A DNA stretch of 64,000 bases from an uncultured Verrucomicrobiae bacterium (GTDB taxonomy: Bacteria; Verrucomicrobiota; Verrucomicrobiia; Limisphaerales; Palsa-1400), in contig OY969763.1 of assembly GCA_963702845.1 (NCBI GenBank), positions 3,168,001 through 3,232,000 on the forward strand, written 5' to 3'. The notes under the pieces were generated by a model that saw only the letters and a program-made list of their open reading frames with translations, was not told where the DNA came from and did no database searches. Of this stretch, positions 49,898 to 60,407 are shown piece after piece (positions within the stretch are counted from its first letter, which is position 1; each line of letters opens with the position of its first letter). The position numbers were made by a program, and so were the translations under genes.

Positions 49898-50235
49898 TCC
49901 GGTTGGAGAATACGTGAAGCGTCGTACGGCATGCGAGGCCGACGTTCGGCTCCTCTGCCGCTTTGGATTTCTTCAAACGCCCTATTAAATCGAAAAAACC
50001 AACAACCCGATAAAACGCCTGTTTCCACTACCCACCCGCTACCCCTCCACTATTTCTCGGAACCCAGATGTAACTCTGCCTGAATAAAACGGCGATAGTT
50101 CCCGCTTGCATAACGACCCAGCCTGTCGCGTCGAACCGGACGGGAGCCCGTCGAGGCGTCCGTGGGAAGGAAATCAGCAGTTGGTTGTTTCAGTCGGGCG
50201 GAATCAGTGCGAGAATCGCGGGCTGGATTGCCATT

Positions 50236-50946
50236 ATGAAAATTTCATCCGCCATATTTGATCGTAGCGCTCCGGATCTGGATTCGTGTCCCGACGAGTC
50301 GCTGGCGGAATTCGCCTTTATCGGGAGGTCGAACGTGGGGAAGTCCTCGCTGCTGAACATGCTCGCGGGCAAAGACGGTTTGGCGCGCGTATCTCCCATG
50401 CCGGGCTTCACCAAGCTGATCAACATTTTCACGATCAACAAGAAATGGCGGTTGGTGGATTTGCCTGGCTACGGGTTCGCGCAGGTGGCGCGGCAGGACA
50501 GCGACCGGTTCAACCAAGCGGTGCTCCGCTACCTGGAACACCGGAAGAATCTTTCCGGCGTCTTCGTGCTCATCGACTCGAGCGTGCCTCCGCAGGAAAT
50601 TGATATCGACTTCCTGAAGTGGCTCACGGGCCGCTCAATCCCGTTGGTTCTGGTTTTTACCAAGACCGACCGGATGTCGCCCTCAAAAGTGCAGGCGAAC
50701 ATCGCGACGTTCACCGATCGCATCGCGACGTCGTTTGAAGCGCTGCCGGAGATTTTCACATGCTCAGCAAAGACCGGGGCGGGCCGGAATGAACTGCTGG
50801 AAATGATCGACCAGTCGCTGGCCGCAGAGCCGCTCGAAAGTTCCGCGGAGACGGAGTCGGTGACAGACGGCGAGTCAGCCGTTCCCGAGAAAATAATCGC
50901 GCCCGTGAATCACCCCGAGCATCTGAAGCGCACGCGCCCGTGGTGA
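50236..50946 (+). CDS. engB: Ribosome biogenesis GTPase EngB/YihA/YsxC
   Basis: GRSNVGKSSL, VDLPGYGFA, FTKTD; start at ATG 50236. Confidence 0.95.
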   Translation: MKISSAIFDRSAPDLDSCPDESLAEFAFIGRSNVGKSSLLNMLAGKDGLARVSPMPGFTKLINIFTINKKWRLVDLPGYGFAQVARQDSDRFNQAVLRYLEHRKNLSGVFVLIDSSVPPQEIDIDFLKWLTGRSIPLVLVFTKTDRMSPSKVQANIATFTDRIATSFEALPEIFTCSAKTGAGRNELLEMIDQSLAAEPLESSAETESVTDGESAVPEKIIAPVNHPEHLKRTRPW

Positions 50947-51045
50947 GATTGCAAAGTGGGCGGTTAAAAACGACGTCGTATTGACAAATTGACTCCCCGT
51001 TGCAACCCGACGAGTCATCCGAACTGACGCCGATTGTTCTGCTTT

Positions 51046-52767
51046 TCACAACCGATGCGATCGCCTTTTTTGCTGCGGATGCAGAAACTTTTCCGCCTCC
51101 TCGGCGGCCTGTTGTTTTTGGTCCCCACTCATTTCAAATTCCAGCCGTTCTCGTACGGCGCGAACCCTTTTGTCGTTGCTTCCACTCACAATGAACCATT
51201 TAAGAGCTTCGACCTGGTTCGTTTCGACTCCTTCGCCCATAGCGTTCATCACTCCGAACAGGACCTGGGACGAAGCGTCCCCCTGGTTTGCCGCCTTCAG
51301 ATACCATTTCGCCGCTTCGACCTTGTTCTGTTCCACACCCTCGCCCTTGTAATAGGTGGCAGCCAGCGCCTGTTGGAACTTTACGTCACCGTGTTCTGCT
51401 GCCCTGCGCGTCCAGTAAACACCTTTGCTTGTATCCTTTATTATAACATCACCAGCGAAATACAGCGTCGCGAGCAGCTTCTCGGCTTCGATATCGCCGT
51501 GGTCGGCGAGCATCGTCAACCATCTCACACCCTCTTCTTTATTCGTTTTTACCCCCTCCCCTCGAAAATACAGGCCGGCCAGGACTTTCTGGGCTTGCGG
51601 ATCCCCTTGTTCTGCCGCTGTCGTAAACCAACGCAGACCCTTTTCAATGTTAGTGGCAACCCCCTCGCCTTGAAAATACATAGAGCCAAGCAATTTCTGC
51701 GAAGTCAGATCGCCTTGCTCCGCCGCTTGTGTGATCCAATCCGCAGCGAGACTTCTATTCCGGCCCACTCCTCCCTCGCCGTGAAAGTACATCGCGCCCA
51801 AAAGCGTGTACCTTGTAAGATCGGGTCGGTTGGAATTTAACGCGGGTTTTAACAAAAAAACCATAACGGCACAGATTCCCGATGAAAGAGCCCATCCGCG
51901 AATGCGAGTTAAGGCGTTCCGCTCGACATCCTGCAATGGCCGCGCCCCCAGATAGCCGAATATCAGGCCCGCAATCAGCCCGCCCGCGTGCGCAGCGATA
52001 TCAATCCCGCCGCCACCGGCGTGAGAATTGGAACCATTCACCGAATTGATGATGTTATTCGCCGCTTGATTTACGGCGGACAACAGGCCGTACAACACGT
52101 TATAAGCAATGAACACGGTGGCTCCTTTACTTACTGACGCAACCGTGCCGCTCGGCAGACCACCCTTCTCTCTCGCCATATATCCGAGCAGAGCACCATA
52201 AACTCCGAAGATAGCTCCCGATGCACCCGCTGACACTATCATCGGATTAAACCACAATGAGGTGAGGCTGGCCGCCAAACCGGACGCCAGATAAATCAGC
52301 AGGAAAAACCAGTTGCCGAAAAGTCTTTCCGTTAGCTTTCCAGCTTGAAGCAAAGCGTACAGGTTGCACGCCAGATGGACCACGCCTATATGAAGGAAGC
52401 AACTGCTCAACAAACGCCACCACTGATGGTTCGTCACTGTCAGGGGACCAAAATCTGCCCCCCATGCTATCAATTTTGCTATCGACGGACTGAATATCGT
52501 TTGAGCATCCACCGATACGAGCAGGAACAAGATCACATTAAGCCCGACTATCGCGGGTGTAACCCATGCCCTTGGGGTGACGGCCGCGAGCGAGCGCATG
52601 AACTCAACCTTGCTCTCATCGATAGCGATGATCTCGGGTGGGGAATCAGAACCTTTGGCACCTTTGTTCGAGACCGGCGCTTCGGACTTAAACTCGCTCG
52701 TGCCGCACTCGCGGCAACTCAGAGTTGAATCGTCATTCTCTTTCCCGCACCACGTACAGATCTTCAT
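51046..52767 (-). CDS. Zn-ribbon + rhomboid intramembrane serine protease + Sel1-like repeats
   Basis: CTWCG...CRECG; WWRL, H....HL..N, GASG, AHAGG; about six Y..GEGV...W...AAEQG repeats. Confidence 0.92.
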   Translation of the reverse strand: MKICTWCGKENDDSTLSCRECGTSEFKSEAPVSNKGAKGSDSPPEIIAIDESKVEFMRSLAAVTPRAWVTPAIVGLNVILFLLVSVDAQTIFSPSIAKLIAWGADFGPLTVTNHQWWRLLSSCFLHIGVVHLACNLYALLQAGKLTERLFGNWFFLLIYLASGLAASLTSLWFNPMIVSAGASGAIFGVYGALLGYMAREKGGLPSGTVASVSKGATVFIAYNVLYGLLSAVNQAANNIINSVNGSNSHAGGGGIDIAAHAGGLIAGLIFGYLGARPLQDVERNALTRIRGWALSSGICAVMVFLLKPALNSNRPDLTRYTLLGAMYFHGEGGVGRNRSLAADWITQAAEQGDLTSQKLLGSMYFQGEGVATNIEKGLRWFTTAAEQGDPQAQKVLAGLYFRGEGVKTNKEEGVRWLTMLADHGDIEAEKLLATLYFAGDVIIKDTSKGVYWTRRAAEHGDVKFQQALAATYYKGEGVEQNKVEAAKWYLKAANQGDASSQVLFGVMNAMGEGVETNQVEALKWFIVSGSNDKRVRAVRERLEFEMSGDQKQQAAEEAEKFLHPQQKRRSHRL

Positions 52768-53268
52768 AAATACCGGTATACACAGCCCCCGGCGGTTGGC
52801 GATTGGTAATGGAAAGACCGATAACAGTCCGTCCCGCCGAGATCAAGGCTCAACCGTTTTCCGATAACCAAGCGTCTTATTGATGCGCCACAAAAATGAT
52901 AGATGGCATGAATGTTCGCGGGCGTGGAACGAAAGCTCTGCGACCACCAGCCTATGGGTAACCACAAGGAAAGTCCTGACTTTCAAGTTTGCGCGGAGCC
53001 AGTCGCAAGCAAGCTTTCACCCAAGCTTCAACACTAGCAGATCAAACTGGCCTTCACGAGCAATGAGCGAGCAGCGACAGAATTGTGGGCGAATCCGCGG
53101 AAACTGTGTAGCTACGTCTTGCAATTTTATCTGAAATATCCAAATCTCTTCCTGTCAATCAGCTCTGCGGTGCAGGGTTCGTACGACCGACCCACTTGCT
53201 ACCACTTTCAACAATCATGCGGATTCGCCGACCAGAACCTGTTCCAACAATTTGCCTCTCGGCTGAGC

Positions 53269-56200
53269 TTACGGAGACTTCAGTCGAAAAAACCGCATCC
53301 CGTTTGTCGCGGGAATCGTCATTGAGAGTTCGCTCGCGTTGGTGGTTGTGGTTTGCGCTACCGAGGTCCAGGAATTCGTTTCAAGAGTAGTGCTTTCTTC
53401 CAGTGAATAGCAGCGCGCACTCGCTGGCCACGAGACGACTATGAATGCATTCGAGCCCACCACCTTGAGCAATGGCGAAGGAGTGAGAGGATCAACGTTG
53501 ACCACGCGGGTCGCGGTCGAGCTGTTGCCGGTAATGTCTTGCGCGCTATAGGTCAAGGTGTAGGCCCCAGCAACGCTGGTATCGACTGTTCCGGTGGTGG
53601 TCACGCTCACGATGCCAGTGCAGGCGTCATCGGCCGTTGCACCTGCGTCTGTGTAGACGGTGAACTGGCAGACGCTTTCAGGGCTGTTGCCAGCGACCGT
53701 AATCACAGGAGTGGTCGTGTCGTTGACCGTCACAGCGCGGGTCGCGCTGGAGGTGTTACCGGAGGCATCCGTTGCGGAATAGGTCAAGGTGTAAACACCA
53801 GGCGTATTGGCGTTCACTGAACCGGTCAAGGTCGCGGTCGTCAGTGTCTCGTCGCAACTGTCGGACGCGGTCGCTCCTGGATTGCTGAAGCTTCCATGGC
53901 ATTCGACCGTGCTCGGCCCAGCGTTGATCGTCACCACGGGTGCTGTCGTATCGGACACGGTCACCACGCGAGTCGCCGTGCCTGTGTTGCTTGAGGCGTC
54001 AGTCGCTGAATAGGTCAACGTGTATGTGCCAGGTGTATTGACGTTCACTGAACCGCCGGACAACGTGGCGGTCGTTACACCAGCGTCACAAGTATCCGAC
54101 GCCGTTGCGCCAGGATTGCTGAAGCTCGTATGGCACTCCACAGTTGTAGGGCCGTCGTTGATCGTAACGACCGGAGCGGTGCTATCCGAAACTGTGATCG
54201 CGCGAGTAGCGGAACCACTGTTGCCGGACGCGTCGGTTGCCGTGTAGGTCAACGTGTATGTGCCGGGAGTATTGGCGTCGACTGAACCGGTGAGGGTCGC
54301 ATTAGTGACACCAGCGTCACAAGTATCCGACGCGGTCGCACCGGGGTTGCTGAAGCTGGTATGGCATTCCACTGTGGTTGCACCGGCGTTGATGGTGATT
54401 TCCGGCGCGGTTGTGTCCGTGACTTGAACAGTGCGAAGAGCGGAGGCGGTGTTAACGTTGTCCGAGGCAGTGTAAGTCAACGTATATGTACCAACCGTAT
54501 TCGTGTCGAATGAGCCGGTGATCACGATGCTGGCGGTCACATCGCCCGCGCATGCGTCTGACGCCGTCGCGCCCAATTCAGTATAAGCAGTGTGACATTC
54601 AACCGTTACCAAACTTGCGCCGGTAAGAGCGATGCTCGGAGGAGTTGTATCGACGACATTGACAACGAGCGTGGCCGAGCCGGTGTTGCCGGACGCATCC
54701 GTGGCGGAGTAGGTCAACGTATAGGCGCCGACGACGTTTGGATTCACTGAACCGCTCGTAACAGTCGCCGTCGTAACAGCCGCGTCGCAAGCGTCAGACG
54801 CCGTCGCTCCAGGTGCGCTAAACGAATCATGACAATTTAGCGTCAGCGGATTGGAACCAGAGATGGAAACAACCGGCGCGATAGAATCAGACACTGTCAC
54901 CACGCGAGTAGCTGTCCCTGTGTTGCCGGATGCATCGGTGGCCGAGTAGATCAGGGTGTAGTTGCCGGGCGTATTGACGTTGACCGAACCAGAAAGAGTC
55001 GCGGTCGTCACGCCAGCATCGCAAGCGTCAGACGCCGTTGCGCCAGGATTGGTGAAACTGGTATGGCATTCGACCGTGGTCGGGCCAGCGTTGATTGTAA
55101 CCACAGGCGCGGTGTGATCCGACACTGTCACGACGCGAGTAGCCGTGCTTGTATTGCCGGTCGCATCGGTCGCCGAGTACGTGAGGGTGTAAGTCCCAGG
55201 TGTGTTGGCGTCCACTGAACCGGACAGGGTCGCGGTGGTCAGAGCGGTATCGCAGTCGTCAGAAACGGTTGCACCAGGATTGGTGAAACTGCTGTGGCAT
55301 TCGACCGTTGTCGCACCGGGGTTGATTGTAACCACAGGAGCAACGTTATCCGAAACGGTAACAACCCTTATCGCCGAGCCAGTGTGCCCGGAGGCATCGG
55401 TCGCCGAGTAAGTCAACGTGTAGGTGCCCGGCAGATTAACGTTCACTGAACCGGAGAGACTGGCAGTGACGCCAGGATCGCACGCATCAGAGGCGGTTGC
55501 GCCAGGATTGCTGAAGCTGCTATGGCATTCGACGGTGGTCGCACCTGGGTTGATCGTAACAACGGGAGCGATGTTATCGGAAACTGTCACCAAGCGGAAC
55601 GATGTCGCGGTATTGGGAACCGAGTCGCTTGCTGTGTAGGTAATCGTGTAAGTCCCGGGAGTGTTCGCGTCAACAGCACCAGTGGTTGTGACACTGATCG
55701 ATCCCTCACAAGCATCCGTCGCTGCAGCGCCAGCATCGGTATATGAGGTGTGACATTCAACAGTCGAAACCCCCGCGTTCTGGGTAATGACTGGCGCCAA
55801 CGTGTCAACCACGGTAACGGTCGCAACGAAACTGGTAATGGAATTGCCAAAGGCGTTTGTGGCGATAACGAAGTAAGAACCGGCGTTTAGGGCGCGCGAA
55901 TCAGGGAAAGGCAGCGCGGCATTGGTGGCGTCAGTGATCACCGTAGAAGCATTTGTATCACCTTGATACCATTGGTAGGCGATGTTCGTGGTTCCAGCAA
56001 CGACAACACTCAACGCGTTCGACGTGCCGCAATTGAATGCCTGATTGGTCAAGTCAGTTGTGAACACAGGGTCAACAACTTGCAATGTCGTCCCCGCTGC
56101 ATCGGTGTTGGCGCTGCCATCGGTGGTTGTCAAATCGACAGTGTAAACACCTGCATCAGCGGCCATGACGGCGGCGAGGGTCAGGTTCGCGCTCTGGGAT

Positions 56201-59200
56201 CCTGCCACTGTGGCGGCATTATCGAACGCTCCGTTGGCAAGATTAACTCCGCCTTTTTTCCATTGGTAAGTGCCAGTGCGGCCGGTTGAAATCACAGAAA
56301 GATGAATCGTTGAACCAGCGTTTGTCGTAATCGTGCTGGCTGCGACAGGGCTGGTGATGACAGGCGGGTCAGTTACGGTCAAGCTGGCAGCAGTCGAGGT
56401 TGCCGCCGCACCATAAGTGCCGGTTGCAACGAGTGTATACGCACCTTCATCCTGATAGGTGACGCCTGAAACAGTGAGGTTGGCAGTGGTCGCACCGGAA
56501 ACAACCGAACCGCCCGCTTGTGCGCCGTTGGAAAGAGCAGTCGCACCTTTTTTCCACTGATACGAGACGGTGCCCGAACTGGTCGCGCTACCAGCGAAAT
56601 TAGCGGTTTGTCCGGCATTGAGGTTCAACGAGGTCGGATTGCTGGTGATAAATGCCGCACGGCGATAGGAGAGCACCAGATCACTGCCGCTGACGGTTAC
56701 AAACCAGAACCCGCCAGTACCTACAGTGTTTTGGAAGGCGGAACTATCGACATTGATTGCCGTTGCGCCGTTGCCAGTGATGGCCCCGCTCGCATGCAGG
56801 ATGACAAAGTCATAGTCTGTGTTGCCGTCGAAGTTTGCAGCCGAACCAGCAGCAGTGCCGTTAAGTGAAGTGACCTTGATGTTGAACTTGCTGCCAGTCG
56901 TAGCCGTGATGTTGGCCGAAGTGGCGTTAATCGTGTCGTAGGCCGAACCGATCGAGCCAGTCAAATTGTTAATTTCCCAAACGTAACTACCGCCGCCAGC
57001 CAGGGTGGCCGCGCCGGTTGTCAGTGTGCCCGGGCCCGCGCCGGGCGAAATCGTTCCGTTGACAGTCACTGCGGGAACCGTTCCATTACCGGCCAACGTT
57101 CCAGCCGCGCTCACCGTAACAGCCGAACTTGCCATGGTGCCGTCGACCCGAAGTGTGCCACCGCTAACCGTGGTCGCCCCCAAATAGGTGCTTGCGGTGC
57201 CGCTTGCCAAAACTAATGTTCCGTTGCCGGCCTTTGTTAGTGTGCGCGACCCGCTGTCCTGACCGACGCCGCCAGTCCCGGATAGCGTAAGCGTTCCGGC
57301 ATTCACAGTGACGGTGCGATTCGCGGCGCTGATCGTCACCGGTCCGGAGATCGTCATATCAGAGGTTCCAATGAAGGTCGGACTGCCGTTATTAAATAGG
57401 AAGGCGTTGGTCATGGTCATTGCGGAGCCCGATGCATTGTCGATCGCACTGTTCGCAGCCTGCACATAAGTACCGAAACCAAGAGCGGCTGCGTTACCAA
57501 AGGCCAAGGTGCCGTTGCCGCCGGAACTTAAATTGGTGGTGTTGCCGCTGTAGGTATTAACACCGCTGATGGTCCATGTGCCGGTGCCTGAGTGTGCCAA
57601 CGACGTGATGTTTTTCACGCCGGGAATGGTTATCGTTGCACCAGAGCTAATTGTTGCGGTGATAGCCGCGCTGATTGTGATTTTCAACGTGCTGTTCGTA
57701 ATTCCTAGAACCGTTGTACCCGCCGGAATGCTCGTGCCGGTTACAGCAGCTCCCACTGATATGCCGTTCACCGAGGCGAGCGTCAGTGAGGCAGCGCCGC
57801 TCGAGGCACTGGCCGTAGTCACCGTCGATCCAGTCGGGCCGTCGGGAATCGAACCGGAAATTTCGCCTGTGCCCGCGGTCGAACCTTGGAGAGTCAAAAC
57901 CTTGGGTGCATTGCCACTGGCTGTGTTAGCTGCAGTGAATTTTAACAAACCGGTTCCTGATTGATCGATCACTGCTCCACCGGTGGTGCCAGCGAGGTCA
58001 ACGATGCGATCAGTTGTTTCACCCGTGCCGGTGTAAAGCAACGTTCCAGCGACAGTGGTAGAACCGATTGACACCGTGCCGTTAGCCGAAGTGGTGGGAT
58101 GGCCAAGGCTGCTGCTGGCAGATCCGGAAGTGACTTTGTTCAGCGAAGTCACGTTTAACGTGCCGCCACTGATTGTCGTCTTGCCGCTATAAGTATTGGC
58201 GCCAGTCAACACGAGCGATCCGGTGGCGCTGCTCTTCGTAAGATTGCCCGTGCCGCTGATGACACCGGCAATCGTGCCAGTGACACTTGCAATGCAAGCA
58301 ATGATGGAACTGGAGCCGTTCCCCAACGTGATTCCACGGTTTGCGGCGAGAGTCGCGCCAGTTTGGTTAAATGCCAAAAACGCACCGTTCGTCAGCGTGA
58401 TAGCATCGGGGGTCGCGCTGGCGGGAACTGCTCCGAGGTTGCTATCGGTGTTGAAGTTCAACCCGCCCCCCTTGACAAAGAGTTTGCCTGTTATAGTGGA
58501 GCTGTTATCGGCGGTGAAGAAAACGGCACCGGAATCCTGCGATGTCGCATTTGCGTTGATCGTCAGCAAACCTGGCGAGGTGATTTGGCCTGGCACGGTA
58601 AGCGTGAAGCCTGATACCGCACCGATGGAACCGCCATTGTTGATCGTGATACCACGATTAGCGCTCAGGCTGAAACTATAGGAATTGCCGCGGATTTTTC
58701 CGCCATTTTTGAGCGTAACCGCGTCAGCCAGAAAGCTGCCCGGAGTTGCGCCTAAACATTCGTCGACCCCACCGACGGTGCTCTGGCCGATTGTCACCAA
58801 TGCAGTATCGACGACCAACTTAGAGAACGTGTTATGGCCGTAAGTAGCATTGACCGAATTTGTTTGCAGTCGGATGTCACCGGCTCCGCTCACTGTGAGA
58901 GTATTCCCGGCGCCTTGGATCAAGCCGTTGTAAATTAGAATTGCGGCAGAACTTGGAATGTTAAGCGCGCCACCGCTCGCTCCGATGTTGAACAAGCGGT
59001 TCGCTGTCAAACTATCAACGGTCGTAGTATCATCTTGATACGTTCCGTTGTTCAGCGTGATATTACCAGCACCTGCACTTGTGCCGCCGATAGCGCCGCT
59101 AAGGCTCAATTCGAGCACAGCGCCGCTCGTCACGGACGTCGGTCCGGTAATGGCACCCAGCACGTTGTTGGTAAGCTTGAGGGTGCCGGGCCCAACAACA

Positions 59201-59622
59201 CTGTAACCAACTGTACCAGCCAGTCCGGAGGTGATCAGTGTGGTTCCACTACCGGGAAGAGTAATTACACCTTTGCCCGCTCCTGCAAGAGTCAGGGTGG
59301 TGTTGGTAATCGTGTAACCAGCAGTTTGGAAGGTAAGATTGCCTGCAGTGCGAGGACCGGAAAGGGAAACTAAGCCAGCCGTGCCCCAGAAAAATGCATC
59401 GTTGCCTTCAGTCCATACGACATCTGCGTCTGTGCCGCAGTCGCTGGCCGTCCACAATGCGGTAGCGGTGCTCCAGCTACCGCTTCCCCCCAGCCCTACG
59501 CCAGTCGCGCAGATGTTGTTCGCGCCGCTACCATCAGAGTCATAATATTGGATAGCGCCGTGTGCCGGTTGGGCCAACGCAAGGCAAAGAGCAGAGAAAG
59601 CGATTACAGTATTTTTTGTCAT
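53269..59622 (-). CDS. Giant secreted adhesin-like protein: autotransporter-associated beta-strand repeats, Ig domains, 10 DUF5011/HYR-like repeats, C-terminal W...FFRL domain
   Basis: Signal peptide from MTKNTVIAF; LTK.G.GTL.L...NTY.G.TT...GTL repeats; no C-terminal beta-barrel. Confidence 0.9.
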   Translation of the reverse strand: MTKNTVIAFSALCLALAQPAHGAIQYYDSDGSGANNICATGVGLGGSGSWSTATALWTASDCGTDADVVWTEGNDAFFWGTAGLVSLSGPRTAGNLTFQTAGYTITNTTLTLAGAGKGVITLPGSGTTLITSGLAGTVGYSVVGPGTLKLTNNVLGAITGPTSVTSGAVLELSLSGAIGGTSAGAGNITLNNGTYQDDTTTVDSLTANRLFNIGASGGALNIPSSAAILIYNGLIQGAGNTLTVSGAGDIRLQTNSVNATYGHNTFSKLVVDTALVTIGQSTVGGVDECLGATPGSFLADAVTLKNGGKIRGNSYSFSLSANRGITINNGGSIGAVSGFTLTVPGQITSPGLLTINANATSQDSGAVFFTADNSSTITGKLFVKGGGLNFNTDSNLGAVPASATPDAITLTNGAFLAFNQTGATLAANRGITLGNGSSSIIACIASVTGTIAGVISGTGNLTKSSATGSLVLTGANTYSGKTTISGGTLNVTSLNKVTSGSASSSLGHPTTSANGTVSIGSTTVAGTLLYTGTGETTDRIVDLAGTTGGAVIDQSGTGLLKFTAANTASGNAPKVLTLQGSTAGTGEISGSIPDGPTGSTVTTASASSGAASLTLASVNGISVGAAVTGTSIPAGTTVLGITNSTLKITISAAITATISSGATITIPGVKNITSLAHSGTGTWTISGVNTYSGNTTNLSSGGNGTLAFGNAAALGFGTYVQAANSAIDNASGSAMTMTNAFLFNNGSPTFIGTSDMTISGPVTISAANRTVTVNAGTLTLSGTGGVGQDSGSRTLTKAGNGTLVLASGTASTYLGATTVSGGTLRVDGTMASSAVTVSAAGTLAGNGTVPAVTVNGTISPGAGPGTLTTGAATLAGGGSYVWEINNLTGSIGSAYDTINATSANITATTGSKFNIKVTSLNGTAAGSAANFDGNTDYDFVILHASGAITGNGATAINVDSSAFQNTVGTGGFWFVTVSGSDLVLSYRRAAFITSNPTSLNLNAGQTANFAGSATSSGTVSYQWKKGATALSNGAQAGGSVVSGATTANLTVSGVTYQDEGAYTLVATGTYGAAATSTAASLTVTDPPVITSPVAASTITTNAGSTIHLSVISTGRTGTYQWKKGGVNLANGAFDNAATVAGSQSANLTLAAVMAADAGVYTVDLTTTDGSANTDAAGTTLQVVDPVFTTDLTNQAFNCGTSNALSVVVAGTTNIAYQWYQGDTNASTVITDATNAALPFPDSRALNAGSYFVIATNAFGNSITSFVATVTVVDTLAPVITQNAGVSTVECHTSYTDAGAAATDACEGSISVTTTGAVDANTPGTYTITYTASDSVPNTATSFRLVTVSDNIAPVVTINPGATTVECHSSFSNPGATASDACDPGVTASLSGSVNVNLPGTYTLTYSATDASGHTGSAIRVVTVSDNVAPVVTINPGATTVECHSSFTNPGATVSDDCDTALTTATLSGSVDANTPGTYTLTYSATDATGNTSTATRVVTVSDHTAPVVTINAGPTTVECHTSFTNPGATASDACDAGVTTATLSGSVNVNTPGNYTLIYSATDASGNTGTATRVVTVSDSIAPVVSISGSNPLTLNCHDSFSAPGATASDACDAAVTTATVTSGSVNPNVVGAYTLTYSATDASGNTGSATLVVNVVDTTPPSIALTGASLVTVECHTAYTELGATASDACAGDVTASIVITGSFDTNTVGTYTLTYTASDNVNTASALRTVQVTDTTAPEITINAGATTVECHTSFSNPGATASDTCDAGVTNATLTGSVDANTPGTYTLTYTATDASGNSGSATRAITVSDSTAPVVTINDGPTTVECHTSFSNPGATASDTCDAGVTTATLSGGSVNVNTPGTYTLTYSATDASSNTGTATRVVTVSDTTAPVVTINAGPSTVECHGSFSNPGATASDSCDETLTTATLTGSVNANTPGVYTLTYSATDASGNTSSATRAVTVNDTTTPVITVAGNSPESVCQFTVYTDAGATADDACTGIVSVTTTGTVDTSVAGAYTLTYSAQDITGNSSTATRVVNVDPLTPSPLLKVVGSNAFIVVSWPASARCYSLEESTTLETNSWTSVAQTTTTNASELSMTIPATNGMRFFRLKSP
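53495..55809 (-). repeat. Ten tandem ~77-codon coding repeats
   Basis: D..APV.T.N.G.TTVECH..F.NPGATASD.C...G.YTLTY.A.D..GN...A.R.VTV; two Cys each; boundaries approximate. Confidence 0.9.
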
Positions 59623-60407
59623 AAGATTGGGGACACGGCGAGAGCGAACGCTTCGCAGCGGCTTAAAAAGGAACCTTTGGCGAATGATTTTACAGGGCAC
59701 ACCAGTAACAGTCTAACAATTGCAGTAGTATGTTGGTCCTCGGTGACCTCCTACAGTAACACGTTATTGCCGTGGCGTCAAATAAGCTACACGGATTTCT
59801 CGCAACAATCGTCCATTTTTAGTTCTAATCGCACTAACGAGGCTCCGAAGCGGCGCTCGACGTTTGAGGTTATCTTGACAGGGAGGCTCTAATTACAAAC
59901 TCGTCAAACATGCTCTGTCACGTTGTTGACCTCGACGGCCCTGCGGCCGCCAGCGGACACTATGCATTGTTCATTCACGGCCACGACGGCAATTACAAAG
60001 GGTTGACTCCGCGCGACACGCAAATGCATCGACGGCCCGTTTGAAAGTTATCGGCCATTTTCAAATCACTGCCATGAACCGCGCCATCCGCGCCCATCGC
60101 CGCCTTTGCCGTCTGGCTCCTGAAAGTTCGACAAAATCAAAGAAACACGTCGACCCTCCTCATTGCAGGAGTTTGCCTTTGACGTCCGCCCCTTCCAATG
60201 TCAGCGGAATATCCGACGACGACCAAGTCTAATCTAGATCACCACTCTGAATACCGAGTCAATTCACTTCTCCAGCGTCCGCAAACTCACTTCGCCGAAA
60301 ACCAAGCTGAATTTATGTTGACAACGTCCGTACCGCGGGAATCTACTCATTAAACATCCGTTACTGACCCCCTGGGCTGGACAGCGCTACCAAAAACCAA
60401 TTCTTGT

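Noticed and set aside
53495..55809. Tandem DNA repeats as a non-coding array
   Set aside because: They are in-frame protein domain repeats
59700..60400. Riboswitch or small gene in the 700-bp intergenic region
   Set aside because: No recognisable aptamer consensus or convincing ORF by eye; an Rfam search would be needed
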